In this document: positions 1 to 11,346 of the stretch, piece by piece
Position numbering within the stretch: the first letter of the stretch is position 1
Layout: the number at the start of each line of letters is the position of its first letter
Origin: Polyangiaceae bacterium
GTDB lineage: Bacteria; Myxococcota_A; Polyangia; Polyangiales; Polyangiaceae
Assembly: GCA_050289625.1 (NCBI GenBank)
Contig: JBNKGC010000004.1
Coordinates: 1,984 to 65,983 of the forward strand
Direction of reading: 5' to 3'
DNA length: 64,000 nucleotides
The notes under the pieces: model-generated
What the model saw: the letters and a program-made list of their open reading frames with translations, nothing else
Told to the model about the DNA's origin: nothing
The model's database searches: none
Position numbers and translations under genes: made by a program

Positions 1-1
1 C

Positions 2-130
2 ATGCGCGCGGGCTGGAGCATGGACGAGCTGGACATGCCCACCCACGAGCGTGAGCTCGACTTCGACCTCGATCCCTTCGAAGCCGCCCTGCGTGAGGCG
101 GAGGCCGAAGACGAAGACTACGACGAGTGA
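2..130 (+). CDS. 3-prime end of an upstream gene truncated by the window edge (acidic C-terminal tail ...DPFEAALREAEAEDEDYDE)
   Basis: Open frame from position 2 to TGA 128-130 with GC-rich third positions. A strong terminator hairpin follows at 216-250. Product not recognised. Confidence 0.4.
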   Translation: MRAGWSMDELDMPTHERELDFDLDPFEAALREAEAEDEDYDE

Positions 131-215
131 AAACTCGCCTCGTTCCGGGCCACTGATTGTGGTCCGAGTCCTTTGCTTGACCCCTTGCTTTCGCTTCCTC
201 CCGGAAGCCCCCTCG

Positions 216-250
216 CCCCCGCGGACTGCCTCCCGCGGGGGTCTTCTTTT
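216..250 (+). terminator. Rho-independent terminator
   Basis: Perfect 9-bp stem CCCCCGCGG (216-224) / CCGCGGGGG (233-241) with an 8-nt loop, followed by TCTTCTTTT. Confidence 0.7.
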
Positions 251-419
251 GGCACTGGTTCGGACGCGGTTGCGGGCGGTTCCGTGCCTTGACCCGCCGC
301 ACCCCGCATGCCATTGAGCCATCCCTTTTCCGCACCGAGCGGAGCGCAACGTGGCGGCTCCGAAGCAGTGCCGCGCACCCGGGAAGAACTCCGGGTTTCG
401 TTCAGTCAGGTCAGTTTCA

Positions 420-1694
420 ATGCAGGTCAACGTCGAGAAAATCAGCCCTGTGCTCGTCGAGCTCAGCGTCGAGGTCGCTGCCGAGCGTGTCAGCTCGGAG
501 TACGAAAAGTCGTTTCGGCAGGTCGCCAAGAGTGCGCGAGTCAAGGGGTTCCGACCCGGTAAGGCGCCACGCCACGTTCTGACTCACGTCTACGGCGCGC
601 GCGTTGCCGCAGAGGTTGCGCAGCGTCTCGTCGACGAGACCTACCAGCAGGCCGTTTCGGACAACAAGGTACAGCCGGTGTCGCAGCCCGCGGTCGAGCC
701 GCAGCAGCTCCGCTCGGGCAAGCCCTTCAACTACAAGGCGCGCGTCGAGATCATCCCGGAGATCGAGAAAGTCGAGTACGAAGGGCTGGAGGCGAAGCGT
801 CCCAAGATTGAGGTCGAGGACGCGGAGATCGAAAAGGAGCTCGAAGGGCTTCGTCGCGCCAACTCGACCCTCGAGCCGCCGAAGGAGGCGCGCGAAGCCG
901 CGGAGGGCGACGTCGTCACCATCGACTTCGAGGTCCTCGTCGACGACAAAGTCATCGAAAACGCCGGTGCCAAGGACTTCCAGGTGGAGCTCGGCAGCGG
1001 GCAGCTGCTCGAGGCCATCGAACAGGCCGTGCTGAAGAAGAAGGTCGGTGACAAGGCCGACGCGGTGGTGGAGATGCCCGAGAAGCATCCCCATCCGGAG
1101 CTCGCTGGCAAAGCAGCGACCTTCCGCCTCGAAGTGAAGGATATGAAGGAGCGCATCCTCCCCGCGGCCGATGACGAGTTCGCCAAGGATCTGGGTGATT
1201 TCGAGACGCTCGAGGCCCTGAAGGCAGACATCAAGAAGCAGCTCGAGGCGCGCCAGAAGGAGCAGTCGGACAACACGCTCGCCGAGCGGCTCGTCAAAGA
1301 GCTCGTGGGCAAGAACCCCATTCCGCTTCCTCCGACCCTCGTGCAGCGTCAGATGCAGCTCACCGAGCAGGAAATCCTCCAGCGTGCCCGCGCTCAGGGC
1401 GGTCAGGTGAGTGGGCTCGGTGACGAACTCCGCGCACAGATCAAGGAAGACAGCGAGGTCAAGGTCCGTGCTGGACTCCTGATGGCGGAGATCGCCAAAA
1501 AGGAGAACATCAAAATCGGCAACGAGGAGATCGAGGAAGGGCTCAAAGAGCTTTCCGAGCAGACGGGGAAGAACGTCGCCAAGCTCCGCGCCGAGTACTC
1601 GCACCCCCAGCGACGCGAAATGCTGGTGGGAATGATTCTCGAAAACAAGGTGCTGGACATCGTCGAAGCGAAGGCCAAGATTACCGACGAGTAA
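420..1694 (+). CDS. tig: Trigger factor
   Basis: ORF 351..1694 trimmed to ATG 420 (MQVNVEKISPVLVELSVEV..., a typical trigger-factor N-terminus). About 425 aa with acidic/Lys-rich trigger-factor composition. Sits directly upstream of clpP-clpX-lon. Confidence 0.95.
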   Translation: MQVNVEKISPVLVELSVEVAAERVSSEYEKSFRQVAKSARVKGFRPGKAPRHVLTHVYGARVAAEVAQRLVDETYQQAVSDNKVQPVSQPAVEPQQLRSGKPFNYKARVEIIPEIEKVEYEGLEAKRPKIEVEDAEIEKELEGLRRANSTLEPPKEAREAAEGDVVTIDFEVLVDDKVIENAGAKDFQVELGSGQLLEAIEQAVLKKKVGDKADAVVEMPEKHPHPELAGKAATFRLEVKDMKERILPAADDEFAKDLGDFETLEALKADIKKQLEARQKEQSDNTLAERLVKELVGKNPIPLPPTLVQRQMQLTEQEILQRARAQGGQVSGLGDELRAQIKEDSEVKVRAGLLMAEIAKKENIKIGNEEIEEGLKELSEQTGKNVAKLRAEYSHPQRREMLVGMILENKVLDIVEAKAKITDE

Positions 1695-1724
1695 TCGTTC
1701 GCTCACGAACGAGGGAGACATTCG

Positions 1725-2414
1725 ATGGGGAAGCGACCCGAAACACGTGCCGATGCCATGCGGCTTCTGGAAAGCCGTAGCGCTTCGATGCGGATCACAG
1801 CTCAGTGCGGTTCCGATCCGAACCTGGCCAGCATCATCTATCCGTCGGTCGTGGAAACGACCCACCGCGGTGAGAGGACCTGGGACATTTTCAGCCGCCT
1901 ACTCAAGGACCGCATCGTGTTCTTGGGCAGCGCCGTGGATGATGACGTGGCCAACATCATCATTGCCCAGTTCCTCTTCCTCGAGAGCGAGGACCCGGAC
2001 AAGGACATCCAGCTGTACGTCAACTCGCCGGGCGGCGTGGTGACCGCAGGTCTCGCGATCTTCGACACCATGCGCTACGTGCGTTGCCCGGTCAGCACGA
2101 TCTGTATCGGGCAAGCCGCGAGCATGGGCGCGCTGCTTCTCGGCGCGGGTGAGAAGGGGAGGCGCTACGCGCTGCCGCATTCCCGTATCATGATTCACCA
2201 ACCCCTCGGTGGTGCTCGTGGGCAGGCGACGGACATCGAGATCCAAGCTCGGGAAATCCGCCATATGAAGGACGTCATCACGGACATCCTCGTGGATTCG
2301 ACCGGCAGGGACCGCGATCAAATCTCCAAGGACATCGAGCGCGACTTCTACATGGGCGCCGCTCAGGCCAAGGAATATGGTCTGATCGACGAGATCTTCG
2401 AGCACAAGTCCTGA
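1725..2414 (+). CDS. clpP: ATP-dependent Clp protease proteolytic subunit
   Basis: Triad contexts [20 protein letters not shown] and [21 protein letters not shown]-like GAGGGAGA lies 7 nt before ATG 1725. Confidence 0.95.
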   Translation: MGKRPETRADAMRLLESRSASMRITAQCGSDPNLASIIYPSVVETTHRGERTWDIFSRLLKDRIVFLGSAVDDDVANIIIAQFLFLESEDPDKDIQLYVNSPGGVVTAGLAIFDTMRYVRCPVSTICIGQAASMGALLLGAGEKGRRYALPHSRIMIHQPLGGARGQATDIEIQAREIRHMKDVITDILVDSTGRDRDQISKDIERDFYMGAAQAKEYGLIDEIFEHKS

Positions 2415-2511
2415 GGGGTTTGCCTCGAGCTTTCGTTTTCGTGGCTGCGGTCCCCGCACCACTCGGCCCAAAGCGCAGGCGTCCCCGGTGATCACCCCGG
2501 TGGAATGGAGC

Positions 2512-2545
2512 GGCACCTCGCCCGAGGTGCCGTTCGGCTTTCTTG
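2512..2545 (+). terminator. Candidate stem-loop terminator/attenuator downstream of clpP
   Basis: GGCACCTC (2512-2519) / GAGGTGCC (2524-2531) with a 4-nt loop, followed by the moderately T-rich GTTCGGCTTTCTTGG. Confidence 0.4.
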
Positions 2546-3106
2546 GCGTTCGCCCCGGAAAATCGGGTCGGGCGGGGCGCGAACCGGGGAGTGCAGAGAG
2601 GTGCGTCGCGGCGCGGTTTCGCAGGCCCGCCGGACGCTCGTCCGAAGGATGGTTTTTTTGGGTCGATCGTGCGGTGGCCAGGCGCGGACTGCGTTGCAAA
2701 ATGCCGGTTTGAAAGCCCTCCCTCCGACTCGGGCGTGTCGGACGCCTGTCCCCCCATACGCGCACCCTTCCGATCGCCTTGACGAGGTGCGCTGGGTGCC
2801 CAACGCTCTCAGCAGAAAGCGCGCACGGCGGTCGACCCGCGGGCCAGTCAACCACATGGGCGTCATTGAAGACGGAATCGAAAACGTAGTTGAAAAGGGG
2901 CTGTGACAGCCTCATTGAACGCGGTGCTGGAGCAAGTCCTGGAAATTGCCAAACCTAATCGTCTGACCTCGGGGCCACCTGGAGGTCGAGAGAACCGTGG
3001 AGGGAGGTCGCTCGGCCCTCAGCGGACAGTCATGAACGAGCGAATTTGCCGGGTGGTGGGCTTCAGTCCGCCGGCACGCTTGCCGCTCTCTTGCGAGGGG
3101 AGCACT

Positions 3107-3123
3107 CGAAATCTAAGATTTCG
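3107..3123. promoter_or_regulatory. AT-rich 17-nt perfect palindrome upstream of clpX (possible operator)
   Basis: CGAAATCT-A-AGATTTCG. It is conspicuous in GC-rich DNA and lies about 80 nt upstream of the probable clpX start. No known regulator is assigned. Confidence 0.35.
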
Positions 3124-3202
3124 CGAAGTTACCTGAACGAACCAAGTGGTCGTTCTGCCTCTCGAGGAAGCGGGGGGCTCACCGTCCACGAACAGGTGCA
3201 CC

Positions 3203-4456
3203 TTGGATCGACGCCGAGAAGACTCGAATGGGAACCTGAGCTGCTCCTTCTGCGGGAAGTCGCAGAAGGAAGTGAAGAAGCTCATCGCCGGGCCAACCGT
3301 CTACATCTGCGACGAGTGCATTGCTCTGTGCAACGACATCATCGCCGAGGAGGTGGAGAAGGACGAACCCGCCGCTGGTTCAGACCCTCTACCCAAGCCT
3401 TCCGAGATCAAGACGATCCTCGACGACTACGTCGTCGGGCAGGATCGCGCGAAGAAGATTCTCTCGGTTGCGGTGCACAATCACTACAAGCGCATCGACT
3501 CGAAGGTCACCACCGACGAAGTCGAGCTCGGCAAGAGCAACATCCTGCTGCTCGGCCCCACCGGAAGCGGAAAGACGCTCCTGGCGCAGACTCTGGCGAA
3601 AATCCTCAAGGTGCCTTTCGCCATTGCGGACGCCACGACGCTCACTGAGGCCGGGTACGTAGGCGAGGACGTGGAGAACATCATCGTCCAGCTCCTACAG
3701 AACGCGGATCACGACGTGGAGCGAGCCCAACGGGGCATCGTCTACATCGACGAAATCGACAAGATCAGCCGCAAGAGTGACAACCCCTCGATCACGAGGG
3801 ACGTGTCCGGCGAGGGCGTGCAGCAAGCCCTGCTGAAGATTATCGAAGGAACCGTCGCGAACGTACCGCCCAAGGGTGGTCGCAAACATCCGCAGCAGGA
3901 CTTCCTGCAGGTGGACACGAGCAACATCCTGTTCATCTGCGGCGGAGCATTCGTGGGGCTGGATGGAATCATTCAGCGCCGGCTCGGTCAGTCGCGCCTT
4001 GGCTTCGGCGCGGAGATCAAGGGCAAGAAGGAGATGAAGCTCGGCGAGCTGTTCGCCGAAGTTCAGCCGGAAGACTTGCTCAAGTTCGGTCTCATTCCCG
4101 AGTTCATCGGTCGTTTGCCGGTCATCGCGACCTTGAACGAGCTCACCGAAGATGCGCTGGTGGACATTCTGACCACGCCCAAGAACAGCCTGATCAAACA
4201 GTTCCAGAAGCTGTTCGAGATGGATGGCGTGAAGCTGAAGTTCACGAAGGGTGCCCTGCGTGCCGTCGCGGGCAAGGCCTTGGAGCGTGAGAGCGGGGCG
4301 CGCGGCCTGCGAGCCATCCTCGAAGAGGCCATGCTGGACATCATGTACGACGTTCCCTCGAAGGAAGGCATCAAGGAGGTGGTCGTCAACGATGACACCA
4401 TCACCAAGGGGGAGACGCCGCTCATCGTCTACCAGAAGGAAGCTGGCGTCGGCTGA
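3203..4456 (+). CDS. clpX: ATP-dependent Clp protease ATP-binding subunit ClpX
   Basis: Zinc ribbon [27 protein letters not shown], Walker [21 protein letters not shown] pore-2/IGF-type loop region. Start is uncertain: the track gives GTG 3146, while TTG 3203 gives the usual ~13 residues before the first Cys. Confidence 0.95.
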   Translation: MDRRREDSNGNLSCSFCGKSQKEVKKLIAGPTVYICDECIALCNDIIAEEVEKDEPAAGSDPLPKPSEIKTILDDYVVGQDRAKKILSVAVHNHYKRIDSKVTTDEVELGKSNILLLGPTGSGKTLLAQTLAKILKVPFAIADATTLTEAGYVGEDVENIIVQLLQNADHDVERAQRGIVYIDEIDKISRKSDNPSITRDVSGEGVQQALLKIIEGTVANVPPKGGRKHPQQDFLQVDTSNILFICGGAFVGLDGIIQRRLGQSRLGFGAEIKGKKEMKLGELFAEVQPEDLLKFGLIPEFIGRLPVIATLNELTEDALVDILTTPKNSLIKQFQKLFEMDGVKLKFTKGALRAVAGKALERESGARGLRAILEEAMLDIMYDVPSKEGIKEVVVNDDTITKGETPLIVYQKEAGVG

Positions 4457-4566
4457 CGAGCGTGCTTCACTGCCGCGACCCCTTTTCTTTCCCCCAAATC
4501 GTTTCTCGCGGCCATCGGGCAAGGTGAGCCTTCCCGATCTCCCCCCCACTCAAAGGCCCTTCGCCG

Positions 4567-7062
<2,496 letters not shown>

Positions 7063-7209
7063 GGGGGTGACACGGCGTCTGCGGTTGCCGGCCTGGCTGT
7101 GAACCGCTACACCAGCGCCCCGACAGGGAAGCGGGATGTCACGGCGCCGCGCTTCCCTCACCAATCACGGTGCCTGCTCGCCGCGTTACGCAGCGAAGCT
7201 GGCACACCC

Positions 7210-7282
7210 AGGCGGGTAGCTCAGTTGGTAGAGCAGCGGCCTTACAAGCCGCGGGTCGCAGGTTCGAGCCCTGTCCCGCCTA
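7210..7282 (+). tRNA. tRNA-Val (anticodon TAC)
   Basis: Manual cloverleaf: acceptor AGGCGGG/CCCGCCT, D arm GCTC-AGTTGGTA-GAGC, anticodon stem GCGGC/GCCGC with loop CTTACAA, T arm GCAGG-TTCGAGC-CCTGT, discriminator A. CCA is not encoded. Confidence 0.93.
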
Positions 7283-7319
7283 CAGAGAGAAAGCCCCGAC
7301 CGATTGACTCGGGCGGGGG

Positions 7320-7353
7320 GAGGGTTGGCGTCCGACCCTCTGCCGTGATTTTT
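7320..7353 (+). terminator. Candidate terminator after tRNA-Val
   Basis: GAGGGT (7320-7325) / ACCCTC (7335-7340) with a 9-nt loop, followed within a few nt by a TTTTT run (7349-7353). Confidence 0.5.
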
Positions 7354-7567
7354 AGTCCTTTTGTACTAATCTAGTTTCATCGAACTGCGGTAGTGAGCCC
7401 TCATGGGCTGCTCGTTCCCAGTTCGAGGCACCTGAGTCATTGGGCAAGGTGGGAGCGGAGGGGACTCGGCGGCCGAGCTTGGGGGCGACGTCGTTTTGAG
7501 GTAGAAATATGGTTTGATCAGGGCGACCATGCCTTTGCCAACTGCAACCTGACCTCAAAGGATCGCT

Positions 7568-8281
7568 ATGGCTGCCAAGCCCCTCTCTCTTGTCCCTACT
7601 CAAACTCCGGAGCCGTCGCCCAGTAGCGTCGCGCCCGGATCACAGACGCGTCTCTCACCTCGAGCCGCTGCCGATGCCGTCGAGCACACTTCAGTCGTTC
7701 AGGCCGGGCGCCTGACGAGGGAGTCGCTCCTGGATGGCTACTGGCGCGCGGTGGATGTTCAGCGCCGGGGCACCGACCTGCACGTCCTTCTCGAGGAGAG
7801 CTCCGCAATGCTCACCGTACGCGAGAGGCAAATCGTGCAGGCGCTGATGGGAGGCCAAACGGACCGCTCGTTGGCCAAGATGCTCGGCATCACGCGGCAG
7901 TGTGTCTGCGGGCACCTGGGCAACGGGCTGGGCAAGCTCGGTTTGGATTCCCGCTTTTCGGCACTTCAGTTGTGGCGTGTGCTGCGCGAGGTCGAAAAGG
8001 GACGGGCTGGTCGCGCTTTGATGGCGGAGGTCAATTACGGAAGTGCGAGCCTCCTCAGTCTCCGTTGCGGTATCCCGCCGCGACCGGAAATCGAGGTTCG
8101 CCTCTCTGCTGCCGAAACGCACGTGGCTTGGCTCGTCTGCGACGGACTCAGCAATCGCGACATCGCCTTCCAGCGCGGCAGTGCCGAGCGCACGGTCGCG
8201 AATCAAGTCGCCTCGATCTTCCATAAGCTCGACGTGAGCCGACGGTTCGAAGTCGCCGAGTTCCTGCTCGGCATGCGCTAA
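7568..8281 (+). CDS. LuxR/GerE-family transcriptional regulator with two tandem HTH modules
   Basis: Two GerE-type HTH segments: LTVRERQIVQALMGGQTDRSLAKMLGITRQ... and LSAAETHVAWLVCDGLSNRDIAFQRGSAERTVANQVASIFHKLDVSRRFEV. Confidence 0.8.
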   Translation: MAAKPLSLVPTQTPEPSPSSVAPGSQTRLSPRAAADAVEHTSVVQAGRLTRESLLDGYWRAVDVQRRGTDLHVLLEESSAMLTVRERQIVQALMGGQTDRSLAKMLGITRQCVCGHLGNGLGKLGLDSRFSALQLWRVLREVEKGRAGRALMAEVNYGSASLLSLRCGIPPRPEIEVRLSAAETHVAWLVCDGLSNRDIAFQRGSAERTVANQVASIFHKLDVSRRFEVAEFLLGMR

Positions 8282-8370
8282 CTTCTTCCTCACGCGGGCT
8301 TGGCGAGCGACGGCGGTTCCTTCTGGGGGCTGCCGTTTGCCGTTTGTGGCTCCCCGGGACCGCAGCTGGT

Positions 8371-9786
8371 TCAGCGGACGTGACGATAGAAAGCAGCGAG
8401 CGCCGCCGGTGAAACCCCCAGGCGATAGAGGGCCGGATAGAGGTTGACCAAGAGTGTGTCGATGATTGGGTGACGGAGGAAACGTCTGCCACTCACGCGG
8501 ACAGACGCCGGAACCGTGCGGATGGATCCGACGCGTCGCAGGCGAATCGACATCTCGAGGTCCTCCATCAACGGGATGTCGGGAAAGCCTCCGAGCGCCT
8601 CGAAGGTTGTCCGGCGAACGAAGAGCGCTTGGTCTCCATAGGGCAAACCGGTGTAACGAGAGCGAACGTCCGCCAAATGGAGCCACCAGGGCGATCGGTC
8701 CGGATTCTGGTCGTCGATGGTCCAGGTGCGGAACGCACCGGCGACGACCTTTGGCTCGCTCATTGCGCGGTCGATGTGCGTCGCAGCGTCGGAAGGAAGC
8801 TGGGTGTCCGCGTGCAGGAACAAGAGAACCTCGCCCCGAGCCAAGGCGGCTCCTGCGTTCATCTGCCGGGCGCGGCCCGGGGGGGTTCGAAGTAGCCGGA
8901 TGTGAGGGTGCCTCGCGACTCGCTCCCGGCTGTCGTCGGTGCTCCCACCGTCCACGACGATGGTTTCGAAGAAGTCGAACTGGTTGAGCTCTTCGATCCG
9001 CCGAGCGATGCGGTGCGCTTCGTTCAGGACGGGGACGACGACACTCACCCGAGGCGCTTCGACCCGAGCACGAGTCGCGTCCCGGTGGTCCGCCCCACCA
9101 ATGCAGATCTCGTCGAGTATTGCTTTCGTCTTGGGGGCGTACACCCGACCCTCGCGTACGAGCGTCCCGAGCCGCGCAGCGTCCGCGAGCTCGTCTACGT
9201 CGAACCATGGTTCGAGCAACTCCGGAGTCAGACCGCGCGCCGTCAGGCGAACGGTCGTCTCGGCGAGGGTCGTGCTGGTGCTCCAGGGCAGGGAGGAGAG
9301 CAAGCTGGTACCGGCGCGCCGGAGTGCTGCACTGGAAACGCCGAGCAGGTAAAAACCGCCGTCCTCCGCCGGGCCCAGTACCGACGTAGCACCGTTCGAC
9401 AGAAGCGAAATCGCCCGTTTCAGGTGGTCTCGAGGGAGGCCGGGAGAGTCGCTGCCGATCAGGATGATCCAAGGGTGGCGCTCCGCGCCCCGCCGCAGGC
9501 AGCGCTCCATCCGCTCGCCGAGATCTCCCTCGCCTTGGTCCCAGACGGGGCTAGGCCGCGGCAGGCCGCACGGAGGGCTGCCACCATTCAACACGAGGAC
9601 CGGCTCCACTCCCTCGAGATGGTGAACCGAAGTCCAAACGTCTTCCAAGAACGCGAGAGCGAGGGCCGCGGCGGTCTCGTCTCCGAGGTGCCGTCCCAAG
9701 CGCGTCTTCGCTTGGCCTGGCGTGGGCGTCTTGGCGAGAACACAGAGCAGGCCGCGCGATTCAGCGTTCTCTCGGTAGAGTGTCAT
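8371..9786 (-). CDS. Fused DUF2064 (TIGR04282-like) and family-2 glycosyltransferase (TIGR04283-like) protein
   Basis: The N-half LCVLAKTPTPGQAKTRL...AALALAFLEDV is typical of DUF2064. The C-half VSVVVPVLNEAHRI...VVDGGSTDDS...GRARQMNAGA...LLFLHADT is a GT2 signature. Family names are recalled from memory. Confidence 0.8.
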   Translation of the reverse strand: MTLYRENAESRGLLCVLAKTPTPGQAKTRLGRHLGDETAAALALAFLEDVWTSVHHLEGVEPVLVLNGGSPPCGLPRPSPVWDQGEGDLGERMERCLRRGAERHPWIILIGSDSPGLPRDHLKRAISLLSNGATSVLGPAEDGGFYLLGVSSAALRRAGTSLLSSLPWSTSTTLAETTVRLTARGLTPELLEPWFDVDELADAARLGTLVREGRVYAPKTKAILDEICIGGADHRDATRARVEAPRVSVVVPVLNEAHRIARRIEELNQFDFFETIVVDGGSTDDSRERVARHPHIRLLRTPPGRARQMNAGAALARGEVLLFLHADTQLPSDAATHIDRAMSEPKVVAGAFRTWTIDDQNPDRSPWWLHLADVRSRYTGLPYGDQALFVRRTTFEALGGFPDIPLMEDLEMSIRLRRVGSIRTVPASVRVSGRRFLRHPIIDTLLVNLYPALYRLGVSPAALAAFYRHVR

Positions 9787-9810
9787 TGCGGAAGCTGATG
9801 GGCGTGACGC

Positions 9811-11298
9811 TCAACGTTGCCACGCGAGGAGTCGGCGCAAGATGGTCGCGACGGAAGGTGTGAGCCTCGCTCGCATCGCCTCGTCGCCGAGCCGCTTCAA
9901 GGCTTCGGCACGCGTCGGGTAGGGGTAAACGGTCGAGGCGAATGCGGTGATGCCGAATCCCTGGTTCATGGCGAGGGAAACCTGACCGATCAGTTCGCCT
10001 GCGTGCTGCCCTACGATTGTCGCGCCGGTGATGAGCGATTTGCGACCTCGGACCGTGGCTCGAGCGAAGCCATCGGGGGCCGCCTCGAGCCTCAGGCGAT
10101 CATTTTCGGAAAACTCCACCCGATATGTGCGGTCGCCCCGTTGCTCGGCCTCGTGGTGCGAGAGGCCCACGTGAGCGATCTCGGGATCGGTGTACGTGGC
10201 CCACGGGATCGTGAGGGTACTCACTCGCTTTCGTCCCCAAAAGAGGGCGTTCTGAACGACCAGGCGCGCCATGGCGTCTGCGGCGTGGGTGAACTGAAAC
10301 CGCGAGCAGACGTCTCCCGCGGCGTAGATTCGCCGATTCGTCGTGCGCAGGAAGTCATCCACGCGCACGCCTCGTTCATCGAACTCGACACCGGCGGCTT
10401 CGAGTCCGAGACCGTCGAGCTGGGGATGACGACCCGTGGCCACGAGGATCTCGTCGACCTCGAGGGCATGGGGCGGGCCGCTCAGATGGATCACTTTTCC
10501 GGTGCTCGTGTGCTCGATCCCCCGCGGGGAGTGCCCGAGGAGCACCCGGATCCCCTCGTCCTCGAATCGCTCGCGCAGGAGCGACGATGCCTCGTCGTCG
10601 TCGCGCGGCAGAAGGCGCTTGGACCGCCCGATCAACGTGACGTCGGAACCCAGGCGAGCGAATGCCTGAGCGAGCTCGCAGCCGATGGGGCCACCACCGA
10701 TCACAGCGAGGCGTCCCGGCTGCTCGGTGAGCGAGAAGACGGACTCGTTCGTCAGAAATCCGACGTCGCGGAGCCCGTCGATCGGCGGCACGTTCGGTCG
10801 ACTCCCGGTAGCGATCACCGCCTTGGTGAACTCGAGGCGTTGACCTTCGACCTCCACGGCGGCCTGCGCGACGAAGCGGGCCTGTCCGAGAAACACGTCG
10901 ACTCCCGTGCTCGCCACTCGGGCGGCCGAATCGTGGGGCGCGATGTCGGCGCGCGCCTTGCGCAGGCGACGCATCACGGCTGCGAAGTCCACTTGGGTGG
11001 TCGTCTTGACTCCAAGCGCCTTCGACTGGCGTGGTTCGTTCGCGGCGTGGGCCGCGCGCAGGAGAGCTTTGGAAGGAACGCAGCCCGCGTTGAGGCAGTC
11101 TCCCCCGAGAAGTCCTCGTTCGACGAGTGCCACCCGCCCCCCGAGTCCCGCCGCGGCGATCGCCGTGACCAAGCCCGCGGTGCCGCCTCCGACGACGACG
11201 AGGTTGTAGCGCCCCTCGGGTGTGGGGTTCTTCCACGTCGAAGGATGCACGGCTTCGATCAGACGCCTGTTGGCTTCGTCGAGAGGCAAAACTTCCAT
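9811..11298 (-). CDS. Pyridine nucleotide-disulfide oxidoreductase, mercuric-reductase-like (no NmerA domain, no C-terminal Cys pair)
   Basis: FAD motif VVVGGGTAGL, redox disulfide GGDCLNAGCVPSK, NAD motif VIGGGPIGCELAQ, dimerisation domain with YPYPTRAE (Tyr in place of the His of lipoamide dehydrogenase). ATG 11298 is preferred over TTG 11304. Confidence 0.85.
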   Translation of the reverse strand: MEVLPLDEANRRLIEAVHPSTWKNPTPEGRYNLVVVGGGTAGLVTAIAAAGLGGRVALVERGLLGGDCLNAGCVPSKALLRAAHAANEPRQSKALGVKTTTQVDFAAVMRRLRKARADIAPHDSAARVASTGVDVFLGQARFVAQAAVEVEGQRLEFTKAVIATGSRPNVPPIDGLRDVGFLTNESVFSLTEQPGRLAVIGGGPIGCELAQAFARLGSDVTLIGRSKRLLPRDDDEASSLLRERFEDEGIRVLLGHSPRGIEHTSTGKVIHLSGPPHALEVDEILVATGRHPQLDGLGLEAAGVEFDERGVRVDDFLRTTNRRIYAAGDVCSRFQFTHAADAMARLVVQNALFWGRKRVSTLTIPWATYTDPEIAHVGLSHHEAEQRGDRTYRVEFSENDRLRLEAAPDGFARATVRGRKSLITGATIVGQHAGELIGQVSLAMNQGFGITAFASTVYPYPTRAEALKRLGDEAMRARLTPSVATILRRLLAWQR

Positions 11299-11346
11299 GA
11301 CCAAATGGGGAGTGGGAACGGAGCGAGCGCTGTATAGTCGCCCGCC

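Noticed and set aside
287-320. Sigma-32-type heat-shock promoter upstream of tig (CCTTGAC ... CCCCGCAT)
   Set aside because: The two elements are only about 7 nt apart, whereas the consensus requires 13-15 nt.
417-1865. 482-aa minus-strand ORF antisense to tig
   Set aside because: It lies entirely opposite an unambiguous trigger-factor gene. Its composition (Leu/Arg/Asp/Gly-rich mirror of the sense frame) is typical of shadow ORFs in GC-rich DNA.
3073-3083. Sigma-54 promoter-like GGCACGCTTGC
   Set aside because: The spacing between the GG and GC elements is 7 nt rather than the canonical 10 nt.
3098-3130. CIRCE (HrcA) operator upstream of clpX
   Set aside because: GAGCACTC resembles the left CIRCE half-site (TTAGCACTC), but the expected GAGTGCTAA nine nucleotides downstream is absent. 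Only the unrelated AT-rich palindrome is present.
2488-3136. Several 70-130-aa ORFs in the clpP-clpX spacer on both strands
   Set aside because: All are Arg/Gly/Pro-rich, with no recognisable motif and no convincing ribosome-binding site. I treated the region as non-coding (see finding).
7283-7430. Integrated element / att site at tRNA-Val
   Set aside because: I looked for a direct repeat of the tRNA 3-prime end. Only a 7-nt GTTCGAG match (7421-7427) is present. There is no integrase, excisionase or other mobile-element gene nearby.
8332-8349. GCCGTTTGCCGTTTGTGG as a third copy of the CTAG inverted-repeat motif
   Set aside because: It matches only the right arm (CCGTTTGT). It lacks the CTAGAG head and a proper left arm, and it sits between convergent gene ends rather than upstream of a start.
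7691-9472. 593-aa minus-strand ORF spanning the LuxR gene and the glycosyltransferase gene
   Set aside because: It is extremely Arg/Pro/Gly/Ser-rich, has no recognisable domain, and overlaps two genes with clear family signatures in other frames.
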